Shown piece by piece: positions 55,293 to 64,000 of a stretch of 64,000 nt of DNA. The translations under genes were made by a program, and so were the position numbers. Source of the stretch: Polyangiales bacterium (GTDB lineage Bacteria > Myxococcota_A > Polyangia > Polyangiales > JADJQN01). Position 1 is the stretch's first letter. Every line of letters begins with the position of its first letter. The DNA lies in assembly GCA_964202905.1 (NCBI GenBank), contig CAXNJO010000006.1:331406-395405 (forward strand). Reading direction: 5' to 3'. Below the pieces are notes generated by a model. It did no database searches. It saw only the letters and a list, made by a program, of their open reading frames with translations, and was not told the DNA's origin.

Positions 55293-55511
55293 TCAAGGCA
55301 GCGTCGCGCTGCCCTCGTTGCCGAAGCGAAACGCGATGACCGCCCGAAGCGCGTCCGGTGAGACGCTCGGGAAGTCTGCGTCGATCTCTTCGGGAGCCTT
55401 GCCGGCGGCCAGATAGGCGAGGAGGGTGCGTACGAGGACGCGCGTCCCTCGGACGATCGGCTGACCGCCACAGATCGCGGGATCTTCGACGATGATGTCG
55501 CGGGAGAGCAT
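55293..55511 (-). CDS. DUF433 family protein (antitoxin-like), C-terminus possibly altered
   Basis: DPAICGGQPIVRGTRVLV...EEIDADFP. Confidence 0.85.
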   Translation of the reverse strand: MLSRDIIVEDPAICGGQPIVRGTRVLVRTLLAYLAAGKAPEEIDADFPSVSPDALRAVIAFRFGNEGSATLP

Positions 55512-55565
55512 CCCGCGAAGGTAGCCCATTTCGGACGCGATCGAGGCCGAGCCTGCCGCGCCCAT

Positions 55566-55822
55566 GCGCACCCCGAGCCCATCGACGCGGGGCCGCTCGA
55601 GCTCGAGCACCTGTGGGACGCGCTGCCGCCGGTCGCGCCGTCGACGTCGCGCGCCTCACGCGCCGGCCGGGCGCGTGACCCGCACCTTGCTGGGCGGCGC
55701 GGTGGCGAACGCGAGGACGGCCCGAAGCGCGTCCGGTGAGACGCTCGGGAAGTCTGCGTCGATCTCTTCGGGAGCCTTGCCGGCGGCCAGATAGGCGAGG
55801 AGGGTGCGCACGAGGACGCGCG
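55566..55822. pseudogene. Duplicated remnant: Uma2 3' end (+) joined to DUF433 3' half (-)
   Basis: 55566-55711 matches 52799-52944; 55708-55822 matches 55330-55444. Confidence 0.85.
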
Positions 55823-55943
55823 CGCTTCACCACCGCAACACAAGAGCCCCTGTTGTAGGGTCAGCGTATTCGCTTGACCTTGAACCTTGGCAGAGCGAGT
55901 TTCGGAACGTGTCAATGCGTTTGAGACAGTGGACATGAGAAAT

Positions 55944-57086
55944 CTATGTTGCGTTCGAGGCGATGGGCGACGTGCCGCGTAGTCGTGGGGCACTCGTCGT
56001 GGGCGGGTCCACGAGCGCACGAGACGTGCTCGAGAACTCGGACACGACGGTCTGCATGGCGACGTCGTTGGACGGCTTTGCAAGGACGCTGACGGCTTCT
56101 GCAGTGATCGGGTTGATGTGCACTTCGGTGGGCGGCATCGGGACGCGAGGCGGGCCGTGAGGGAAGCGCTCGGGATGCGCTGCGTACGCGGCGTCGAGCG
56201 CGCCCTGTCGCGCGGCGCGGACGACTTCGACGCGCCCGAAGAAGACGTCCGCGGGCGTGAAGAGCGCGAGGCCGGAATGATGGTGCTCGTCGTTGTGCCA
56301 CCCGAAGAAATCCTGGAGGTAGCCTCGACCGTGGAGCTCGCCTTCGAAGAGGCCCGGGTAGTCGGGCTGGTACTTCAGCGTCTTGAACTGCGCCTCGCTG
56401 AAAGGGTTGTCGTCGGAGATGCGTGGGCGGCTGAAGCTGGTCGAGGCGCCGAGCGATGCGAACAGTTGGGCGAGCGTGTCGCTCCTCATAGCGGAGCCGC
56501 GGTCGGCGTGGACGGTGAGGCCGGGCTCGACGCCGTGGCGCGCGATGGTCTCGGCGAAGAGCTGAGCGGCGAGGTGCTTGCACTCCTTGGTCGCGAGCAT
56601 CCACCCGACGACGTAGCGGCTGAAGAGATCGATGATGACGTACGCCATCAAGAAGACTCCCTTCTGCACCGTCGCGAGCTTCGTGATGTCCCATGTCCAA
56701 ACTTGGTTCGGCGCGGTCGCCGTGAGCGACGGTTTCGTATACGCTCGCGCAGGACGCTGATTTCTGCGCTCGCCCGTCTCGCCCGCGGCGGCGAGCACGC
56801 GGTAAATCGTGCGGATGGACGCGAGATACACGCCTGTGCCGAGCAAGGCCGCGTAGACCTCGGTGGGCGGCTGATCGACGAACTCGGGAAGATGGAGAGT
56901 GTCGAGGATGCGCTGGCGCTCGCTGTCGGCGAGACGACGCGGACTCGGCGCACACACTCGGGCCACGAGCGGCCCAATGAAGCGTGGTCGACGGGACCGA
57001 TAGAGCGTCGCGCGACTCACCTCGAGCGCGTCGCACGCCGCGTTCACCGGCACGAGGTCGTGGTCTCGTTGTTCGACGATGGCCAT
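55944..57086 (-). CDS. IS3-family transposase OrfB (DDE)
   Basis: WTWDITKL, IDLFSR, HADRG, DNPFSEAQFKTLK. Confidence 0.93.
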   Translation of the reverse strand: MAIVEQRDHDLVPVNAACDALEVSRATLYRSRRPRFIGPLVARVCAPSPRRLADSERQRILDTLHLPEFVDQPPTEVYAALLGTGVYLASIRTIYRVLAAAGETGERRNQRPARAYTKPSLTATAPNQVWTWDITKLATVQKGVFLMAYVIIDLFSRYVVGWMLATKECKHLAAQLFAETIARHGVEPGLTVHADRGSAMRSDTLAQLFASLGASTSFSRPRISDDNPFSEAQFKTLKYQPDYPGLFEGELHGRGYLQDFFGWHNDEHHHSGLALFTPADVFFGRVEVVRAARQGALDAAYAAHPERFPHGPPRVPMPPTEVHINPITAEAVSVLAKPSNDVAMQTVVSEFSSTSRALVDPPTTSAPRLRGTSPIASNAT

Positions 57087-57538
57087 CAGATCTCCCCGTC
57101 GAACTCGGGCAGTGCGATTCCCAGTATCTCGTGCGCTTTTTTTTGGAGGTCGATGAGCGCGTGCGCGACGAGCAGCTTGCGCTGCGTCCGTGCGAGCTCC
57201 TTGGTGACCGCGAGCAGCTGCCGGTCCTTCGCGTCGAGCTTGGGCTTGCGACCAGGCTTCTGCGCCGCGAGGCCCGCGATACCACGAACCCCGAGCTGCG
57301 TGCGCCACGCGGTCAGGTGCGAGCTGTAGATGCCTTCCTTGCGCAACAGGGCAGCCAGCGCACCTCGCTCGCCGCTGACGACCGCGGCCTCTGCGGCCTT
57401 CACAAGACGCAACTTCTCCGACGCCGAGAACCGTCGCCGCGTTGTGGGCGGCACGCTCTCCAGCGATGCTCCGCTCGCGCCGAGCTCACGCTCTTTGATG
57501 AGACTTTCAGGACGAGGAACTGGGGCACGCTTGGGCAT
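57086..57538 (-). CDS. IS3-family OrfA (HTH) with A8G slippery site
   Basis: RRRFSASEKLR, LLRKEGIYSSHLTAWR, LQKK over an A8 run; orfB frame is open across this site. Confidence 0.9.
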   Translation of the reverse strand: MPKRAPVPRPESLIKERELGASGASLESVPPTTRRRFSASEKLRLVKAAEAAVVSGERGALAALLRKEGIYSSHLTAWRTQLGVRGIAGLAAQKPGRKPKLDAKDRQLLAVTKELARTQRKLLVAHALIDLQKKAHEILGIALPEFDGEI

Positions 57539-57970
57539 TCTCGGTGAACCATTCTCCGCCCATCAGGACAAACATATCGAGGGACAGCTGTCTCACGCGA
57601 CGTTGGCACAGAGGGTGCCGTGATTCGCAGCCTGCGGAGGGCGAGGCCGCGGCGTGCCTCGATGCGAGTCGCGTCGTCGTGACCGTGGCGCGAGCGACCT
57701 TTGCTCCTGTGTCGCCCACCGTCTTCATGCTCTCCGGCCTCGACAGCATGGGTCGGCTCGTCGCGCGCCTGCTGCGCGAGCTGCCGAACACGAGCGCGCC
57801 GCTCGTCCCCCCGATGTCGGAATGCGCTGGGCAGGCGTCGCTCATCGAGCGCACGGGTACTCCGCTCGTCACCCGCCCTCCGCTGTTTGAGGCGATGAGG
57901 GGGAGCGCGCTGCGCGGCTGAGGTCGGGCATGGGCACGCACTTGTCGCGGGGATCGGCCGATGAGCGGCA

Positions 57971-59527
57971 GTGTCCGCCGTTGCCGTTGGCACTGCACGT
58001 GCCGCTCTTGCTCACGCTCCTCGCGCCGACGGCTATGCGCGGCGGCGTCCCGAGGAGACGGAACTACACCGCGTGGTGCGCGCGCATTGGCCTGCGTTCC
58101 TCGAGCGCGCGGAGGAGGCGGGCGGGCTGCCGCGGTTCGTGGTGCGGGAGCTGGACGAGTATCTACGCTGCGGATTGCTCGAGCATGGCCTGATTCACTT
58201 GCGCTGCGGGGTGTGCGGCGAGGATCTCGTCGTCGCGTTCTCGTGTAAGCGCAGGGGATTCTGCCCGTCGTGCGTCGCCCGCCGAATGAACGACGCCGCC
58301 GCGCACCTCGTGGACGACGTGTTCCCCGAGGTGCCGGCGCGGCAGTGGGTGTGCTCGCTCCCGTGGCGATTGCGCGTGCTGCTCGGCTATGACCGGACGC
58401 TCTGCGCAGAGGTGATGACGGCGTTCACGGGCGCGGTGTCGCGCTCGCTCCGGCACCGCGCGAAGGCGCGTCTGGGGCTGCCGAGCGTGGACGACGCTCA
58501 CGTCGGCGCGGTGACGTTCGTGCAGCGCTCGGACTCGGCGTTGAGGCTCAATGTCCACGCCCACTCGCTGTTTCTCGATGGCGTCTACCTGCGCGCTTCG
58601 AGCGGCGCGCTCGCGTTCCACGCGCTCGGCATGCCGACGTTCGCGGAGGTCGAGCAGGTCGCGCGGTGGACGCACGCGCGGATCCAGAAGGTGCTGCTCG
58701 CGCACGGTCGCACGCTCGACGGCCTCGGCGATGAGCCCGCGGAGCTGACGCACGATCAGCCGGTGCTGGCGTCCTGCTACGCGGCGTCTGCCGGCGACGT
58801 GCAGCTCCTCGGCGAGAGCGCGGGGCAAAGGACGCTGAAGCTCGTGCAGCCTGTGCGCGCGGTGCGCCAAGAGGCGCGCGCGCTCGCAGAATATGGCGGC
58901 GTGAACGTGCACGCGGAGGTGGCGATCGACGGCCGTGATCGGCAGCGACTCGAGCACGTTCTGCGCTACATGGCGCGGCCTCCGCTGGCGCTCGACCGGC
59001 TCTCGCTGCGCGACGACGGGCAGGTCGTGTACCGGTTCAAGAAGGCGTGGCGCGATGGGACACACGGCGTGGTGCTGTCGCCCGAGGACTTCATCGCGCG
59101 GTTGTGCGCGCTGGTGCCGCCTCCGCGGTTCCATTTGATGCGCTACCTCGGCGTGCTCGCGGGGCACTCGTCGCTCCGTGCCGAGGTGGTCCCGAAGAAG
59201 GCCGCCGCACCGCCTGAGTCGCCGAAGCAGCTCCCGCTGTTCGACGAGGCGGACGAGCCGACGACGTCCGCGAAGAGCGCCTCGAAGAAGACAGCCGAGC
59301 CGTCGAGGCACCCATGGCCGTGGCTGCTTCAGCGCGTGTTCGCGGTGGACGTGCTGAAGTGCCAGAAATGCAGCGGCCGGTTACGGATCGTCGAGATCGC
59401 CAAGAAGCCCGACGACGTGTCGCGCGTGCTCGGCGAGCGCGGCTACGCGAGAGCGCCGCCGAGAGCGCCACCCATCGCCGAGCTGCCGGTGTCCCCGCAC
59501 GGGCAGCTGCGCCTTGTCTTCAAGTGA
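57971..59527 (+). CDS. IS91-family rolling-circle (HUH) transposase with Zn-binding domain
   Basis: CG...C..C...FSCKRRGFCPSC, RQWV, NVHAH, RYMARPP, RYLGV, C-terminal CQKC. Confidence 0.92.
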   Translation: MSAVAVGTARAALAHAPRADGYARRRPEETELHRVVRAHWPAFLERAEEAGGLPRFVVRELDEYLRCGLLEHGLIHLRCGVCGEDLVVAFSCKRRGFCPSCVARRMNDAAAHLVDDVFPEVPARQWVCSLPWRLRVLLGYDRTLCAEVMTAFTGAVSRSLRHRAKARLGLPSVDDAHVGAVTFVQRSDSALRLNVHAHSLFLDGVYLRASSGALAFHALGMPTFAEVEQVARWTHARIQKVLLAHGRTLDGLGDEPAELTHDQPVLASCYAASAGDVQLLGESAGQRTLKLVQPVRAVRQEARALAEYGGVNVHAEVAIDGRDRQRLEHVLRYMARPPLALDRLSLRDDGQVVYRFKKAWRDGTHGVVLSPEDFIARLCALVPPPRFHLMRYLGVLAGHSSLRAEVVPKKAAAPPESPKQLPLFDEADEPTTSAKSASKKTAEPSRHPWPWLLQRVFAVDVLKCQKCSGRLRIVEIAKKPDDVSRVLGERGYARAPPRAPPIAELPVSPHGQLRLVFK

Positions 59528-59877
59528 GCTCGACGACCTGAGCGGCTGCGCAGAGCGCGGCAAGGGAGACGTGCGCCTAGCGCGTGAAAGGCGGCCGAAA
59601 GCGAGGGCTCCCGCGTCGCCGAAGACCGTCCAGAGGACCCGCATCGACGCCGAGATTGTGCTTCGGAGCACCCTCGCGTAGGGTTCACCGGTGCATGGAG
59701 CGGGGACTGCCACATGGAGACGCGGCGCGGAGGGCGTTCGGATGGCCTACGCGCTCTGCTTGCGCCGCTGGAGGGAGACCGCCATGGAGACACCCGGGAC
59801 AGTGCGTCCGATCGTAGCCCGTGGCTGGTGCGATCGTGCGCCGCTCCCACACTTTTTCGACGCCGGGGGGCCGCTGC

Positions 59878-60672
59878 CTAGCCGAAGGTCTCGGGGTGCG
59901 GTTCGAGCTCACTCGGGATGCCGTTGAACCAGGGGCGGGCGCCGTGGCGAGTGGCGAGTTGTGCGGCGAACTGGCTGGCCTTCTCCCCGTAGACCACGCC
60001 ATCCTCCTCGTCGACGCTACGGTTCACGTCGGGAAACCCGTTGCCTGCGGCGATGAGGTACTTGAGTCCGCCGAGGCCCCCGGCTTCGGCCACGAGGTGG
60101 ATGGCCGCTTCGGGCAGGCGCGCGTAGGAGAGGTCGAGCATGGCGAGGCGCGAGAGGTAGGGGGAGCGCGTCAGCGCGGTGATGACCGGCATGGCCAGCG
60201 GCGGGCCCACGAAGCGCAGGCTGCGCACGTGGGTCCAGGCGGGCGAGTCGAAGAGCTCCTCGGGGTCGCAGGGGCTGAGGTGCACGGTGACGTCGACGAT
60301 GGGCGCCAGCGCCATGAGCTCCGGCCCACGCTGCGTGAACCAGACCGCATCCACGGTGAGCCGCTCCAGGAAACCGCGTCCCCAGGCCATGCGCTGGAGC
60401 GAGGCTGGCACGCTGCTGCCGAGCAGCCGGGTGACCACGCCCGTCCCGCGGGCGTCTTGCTCGGGGGGAGGCGCGAGGCAGCGGATCGCCAGCGCTTCCA
60501 CCGCGCGGTCGCGACGGCCGGCGGCCCGGCGCTTGGCCGCGACCGCGAGCTGCGCCCGCACGAACGCGGCGGTGGCCGGCTCGGTGGAAGCGACCAGATC
60601 GGCGAAGCGTTCGCGAGGCGCATCGGCGCGCGGTTGGGCGATCACCGCGGCGTGTGCGGAGGCTAGTTGCAT
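59878..60672 (-). CDS. TIGR02996-like domain protein with LRR-like repeats
   Basis: VIAQPRADAPRERFAD..AAFVRAQL, WGRGF, SPYLSRLAMLDLS. Confidence 0.7.
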   Translation of the reverse strand: MQLASAHAAVIAQPRADAPRERFADLVASTEPATAAFVRAQLAVAAKRRAAGRRDRAVEALAIRCLAPPPEQDARGTGVVTRLLGSSVPASLQRMAWGRGFLERLTVDAVWFTQRGPELMALAPIVDVTVHLSPCDPEELFDSPAWTHVRSLRFVGPPLAMPVITALTRSPYLSRLAMLDLSYARLPEAAIHLVAEAGGLGGLKYLIAAGNGFPDVNRSVDEEDGVVYGEKASQFAAQLATRHGARPWFNGIPSELEPHPETFG

Positions 60673-60751
60673 GGGCGCGGTATAGCTTGGAGCGTGTTCT
60701 CCCGCCTCGGACCCGCGCCGGCTCCGCTCGTGTGTGTGCTGCTGATCCTTC

Positions 60752-61360
60752 GTGGTGGTGGCGGTGGGCTACTTCGTCCCCATCGGCCGTCCCTCCCGCA
60801 CGATGGACGGCGCCACCGCCTTCGGCATGCTGCTCGGCGCCGCCACGCTGGGCCTCTGGGCGCTGGCGCTCGTGGCGCAGGCCTGGTGGCTTTCGGGAGT
60901 GGAGGGCAAGGGCGTCATCCTCGTCCCGGCCGCGAGTCCCGGGGTCACCGACCTGCTCTTCTCGCTGCCCTTCCTCGTGGTGGTGCCCGTGGCCGGGGGC
61001 GGCCTGTTCACCGCCCTCCGCGGCGGCGGACTCTCGTTGGCCACGCTCGTGTCCGCCGTGGTCTTCGTCGCCCTCTGTGCCCAGCGCGAGGTCGACATGC
61101 AGGGCTACGTGCACGACGGCGTCGTCACTGCGCGTCAGGGCTGGCTCTGGCCGCGCCGCACGGAGGTGCCGGTGAGGGAGGTCCGCGACGTGGTGGTGCG
61201 CGAGGACTCCTTCCGGCACGCCCCGTCCTACGTGGTGGAGCTCTCCCTCTCCGGGCGGGCGCTCCCCGGTTTCGAGCGTCGATTTCGGGTGCGCGCGGAG
61301 GCCGACGCGGAGGCCGGCCGATGGCGGGCGGCCCTCGGTCCGTTACGGGGCGCCCCGTGA
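60752..61360 (+). CDS. Hypothetical membrane protein
   Basis: Three to four hydrophobic segments then a beta-rich tail; start uncertain. Confidence 0.55.
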   Translation: MVVAVGYFVPIGRPSRTMDGATAFGMLLGAATLGLWALALVAQAWWLSGVEGKGVILVPAASPGVTDLLFSLPFLVVVPVAGGGLFTALRGGGLSLATLVSAVVFVALCAQREVDMQGYVHDGVVTARQGWLWPRRTEVPVREVRDVVVREDSFRHAPSYVVELSLSGRALPGFERRFRVRAEADAEAGRWRAALGPLRGAP

Positions 61361-61830
61361 TCGTCGTCCGCTCCGAAGCCGAGGCCGCCGTGTACTGCCA
61401 GCTCACCGGCCATGGGGTGATCTCGCGGCGTTCCCCTCGCCCGGGGGCGCACGTCTGGGAGTGCATGTGGCGCGACGAACCTCGCCAGCTCGTCTTCGTG
61501 GAGATGCCGAGCGACGAGCCCTCCCGCCTCGTCGACCGGGACGGCTTCGCCCAGGTGGGGGCGGAGCTGCTCGGGTCGGTGCCCGCCGCGCCGCTCGGTT
61601 TCGTCCGGGGTGAAGCTCGCCGCTGCATCGGGGACCTCGTGCTCGCCGCCTACGCGCTGGGCGAAGCGTTGCGGTCGGGGCCGGACGAGGTGCTGAGCAC
61701 CGCGCTGGAGCGCGCCAACGCCCGCCGGAGCCGATGGATCGCCGCCCTGCCCTCGCTCATCGACGCGCGCCCCCTCGCCGAGTTGCCAGCGAGCAACGGA
61801 GGGCGTGATGGCTGCGGAGCGGGCTGCTGA
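61357..61830 (+). CDS. Hypothetical protein
   Basis: GTGA overlap with the previous gene; 3' end may be a junction near 61790. Confidence 0.5.
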   Translation: MIVVRSEAEAAVYCQLTGHGVISRRSPRPGAHVWECMWRDEPRQLVFVEMPSDEPSRLVDRDGFAQVGAELLGSVPAAPLGFVRGEARRCIGDLVLAAYALGEALRSGPDEVLSTALERANARRSRWIAALPSLIDARPLAELPASNGGRDGCGAGC

Positions 61831-62103
61831 AGACATGCGCGACGCACGACGCGGCGCAGCCTTGGTCGCCCGAGCGCAAGCAGCTGAACAAGCCGCAGAG
61901 GCGACCGTGAATCGTACTGCCAAGGCTGCCGACGAAGCGAACGCTGCGCTTGTGGAAGCGATGGTACCCGACAGGGCCGCGGCGACTCGCGAGCGCGCCA
62001 TGGAGAGGTATCGACGAGACAACGAGGCGGCGGCGCAGCTTGCGGCCGATGAGCAGCGCGAGGCCGACGCGGTGGAGACGAACGCGCGCGCGAAGATCGC
62101 AAC
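61805..62103 (+). pseudogene. Ala-rich coiled-coil gene fragment truncated by IS3 copy 2
   Basis: AQAAEQAAEA...EQREADAVE runs into the IS left end. Confidence 0.4.
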
Positions 62104-63139
62104 CCCTCTGTGCCAACGTCGCGTGAGACAGCTGTCCCTCGATATGTTTGTCCTGATGGGCGGAGAATGGTTCACCGAGAATGCCCAAGCGTGCCCCTGT
62201 GCCAACGTCGCGTGAGACAGCTTTCCCTCGATATGTTTGTCCTGATGGGCGGAGAATGGTTCACCGAGAATGCCCAAGCGTGCCCCAGTTCCTCGTCCTG
62301 AAAGTCTCATCAAAGAGCGTGAGCTCGGCGCGAGCGGAGCATCGCTGGAGAGCGTGCCGCCCACAACGCGGCGACGGTTCTCGGCGTCGGAGAAGTTGCG
62401 TCTTGTGAAGGCCGCAGAGGCCGCGGTCGTCAGCGGCGAGCGAGGTGCGCTGGCTGCCCTGTTGCGCAAGGAAGGCATCTACAGCTCGCACCTGACCGCG
62501 TGGCGCACGCAGCTCGGGGTTCGTGGTATCGCGGGCCTCGCGGCGCAGAAGCCTGGTCGCAAGCCCAAGCTCGACGCGAAGGACCGGCAGCTGCTCGCGG
62601 TCACCAAGGAGCTCGCACGGACGCAGCGCAAGCTGCTCGTCGCGCACGCGCTCATCGACCTCCAAAAAAAAGCGCACGAGATACTGGGAATCGCACTGCC
62701 CGAGTTCGACGGGGAGATCTGATGGCCATCGTCGAACAACGAGACCACGACCTCGTGCCGGTGAACGCGGCGTGCGACGCGCTCGAGGTGAGTCGCGCGA
62801 CGCTCTATCGGTCCCGTCGACCACGCTTCATTGGGCCGCTCGTGGCCCGAGTGTGTGCGCCGAGTCCGCGTCGTCTCGCCGACAGCGAGCGCCAGCGCAT
62901 CCTCGACACTCTCCATCTTCCCGAGTTCGTCGATCAGCCGCCCACCGAGGTCTACGCGGCCTTGCTCGGCACAGGCGTGTATCTCGCGTCCATCCGCACG
63001 ATTTACCGCGTGCTCGCCGCCGCGGGCGAGACGGGCGAGCGCAGAAATCAGCGTCCTGCGCGAGCGTATACGAAACCGTCGCTCACGGCGACCGCGCCGA
63101 ACCAAGTTTGGACATGGGACATCACGAAGCTCGCGACGG
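62104..63139 (+). mobile_element. IS3-family copy 2: tandem-duplicated left end, intact orfA (62270-62722), truncated orfB
   Basis: Near-identical to copy 1; 89-bp left-end duplication (62109-62197, again from 62198); orfB breaks after WDITKLAT. Confidence 0.92.
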
Positions 63140-64000
63140 AACGTGTCAATGCGTTTGAGACAGTGGACATGAGAAATCTATGTTGCGTTCGAGGCGACGG
63201 GCGACGTGCCGCGTAGTCGTGGAGCACTCGTCGTGGGCGGGTCCACGAGCGCACGAGACGTGCTCGAGAACTCGGACACGACGGTCTGCATGGCGACGTC
63301 GTTGGACGGCTTTGCAAGGACGCTGACGGCTTCTGCAGTGATGGGGTTGATGTGCACTTCGGTGGGCGGCATCGGGACGCGAGGCGGGCCGTGAGGGAAG
63401 CGCTCGGGATGCGCTGCGTACGCGGCGTCGAGCGCGCCCTGTCGCGCGGCGCGGACGACTTCGACGCGCCCGAAGAAGACGTCCGCGGGCGTGAAGAGCG
63501 CGAGGCCGGAATGATGGTGCTCGTCGTTGTGCCACCCGAAGAAATCCTGGAGGTAGCCTCGACCGTGGAGCTCGCCTTCGAAGAGGCCCGGGTAGTCGGG
63601 CTGGTACTTCAGCGTCTTGAACTGCGCCTCGCTGAAAGGGTTGTCGTCGGAGATGCGTGGGCGGCTGAAGCTGGTCGAGGCGCCGAGCGATGCGAACAGT
63701 TGGGCGAGCGTGTCGCTCCTCATAGCGGAGCCGCGGTCGGCGTGGACGGTGAGGCCGGGCTCGACGCCGTGGCGCGCGATGGTCTCGGCGAAGAGCTGAG
63801 CGGCGAGGTGCTTGCACTCCTTGGTCGCGAGCATCCACCCGACGACGTAGCGGCTGAAGAGATCGATGATGACGTACGCCATCAAGAAGACTCCCTTCTG
63901 CACCGTCGCGAGCTTCGTGATGTCCCATGTCCAAACTTGGTTCGGCGCGGTCGCCGTGAGCGACGGTTTCGTATACGCCCGCGCAGGACGCTGATTTCTG
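63137..64000 (-). mobile_element. IS3-family copy 3, right part, abutting or inserted in orfB of copy 2; runs off the window
   Basis: Right end cggaacgtgtcaatgcgtttgagacag at 63137; orfB stop at 63178; a few SNPs versus copy 1. Confidence 0.92.

Larger units (their letters stand above)
55903..57615 (-). mobile_element. IS3-family element, complete copy 1 (1713 bp)
   Basis: Ends defined by identity with the other copies (CCCTCTGTGCCAAC... / ...TTGACACGTTCCG); imperfect IRs; orfA/orfB. Confidence 0.92.

Noticed and set aside
57616..57921. Short ORF end between IS3 copy 1 and the IS91 transposase
   Set aside because: No recognisable motif and its start lies within the IS end; not supportable as a gene.

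Overview
Very GC-rich bacterial chromosome segment. Gene content (MYXO-CTERM signal, Cys-rich and FG-GAP lipoproteins, several GRGGPGGW-type Uma2 genes, TIGR02996-like protein) points to a myxobacterium, by inference Polyangiales/Sandaracinaceae-like. About 1-41 kb is mostly core and envelope genes: fabH, argH-lysA, L,D-transpeptidase, patatin, M3 peptidase, a GH15+GH13 fusion, amtB, fumC and a TPP riboswitch-thiC unit. Small accessory inserts are interspersed (mrr, an NTase toxin-antitoxin-like pair, Uma2). About 41-52 kb is a minimal type I-G (I-U) Cas operon (cas3-csx17-csb1-csb2). It has no cas1/2/4, no visible array, an in-frame TAA in cas3, and an upstream HerA/FtsK-like ATPase plus partner gene. 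About 52-64 kb is a rearranged mobile region with duplicated gene ends, three copies of one IS3-family element and an IS91-family transposase. The most notable observations are: the array-less I-G module with a broken Cas3; integrase-free cargo insertions flanked by duplicated 3' ends of the upstream gene; an apparent two-enzyme surface polyprotein; and a full-length P1B-ATPase lacking its catalytic motifs. Several frameshifts could be assembly errors. All family calls come from motif recognition by eye, not database searches.
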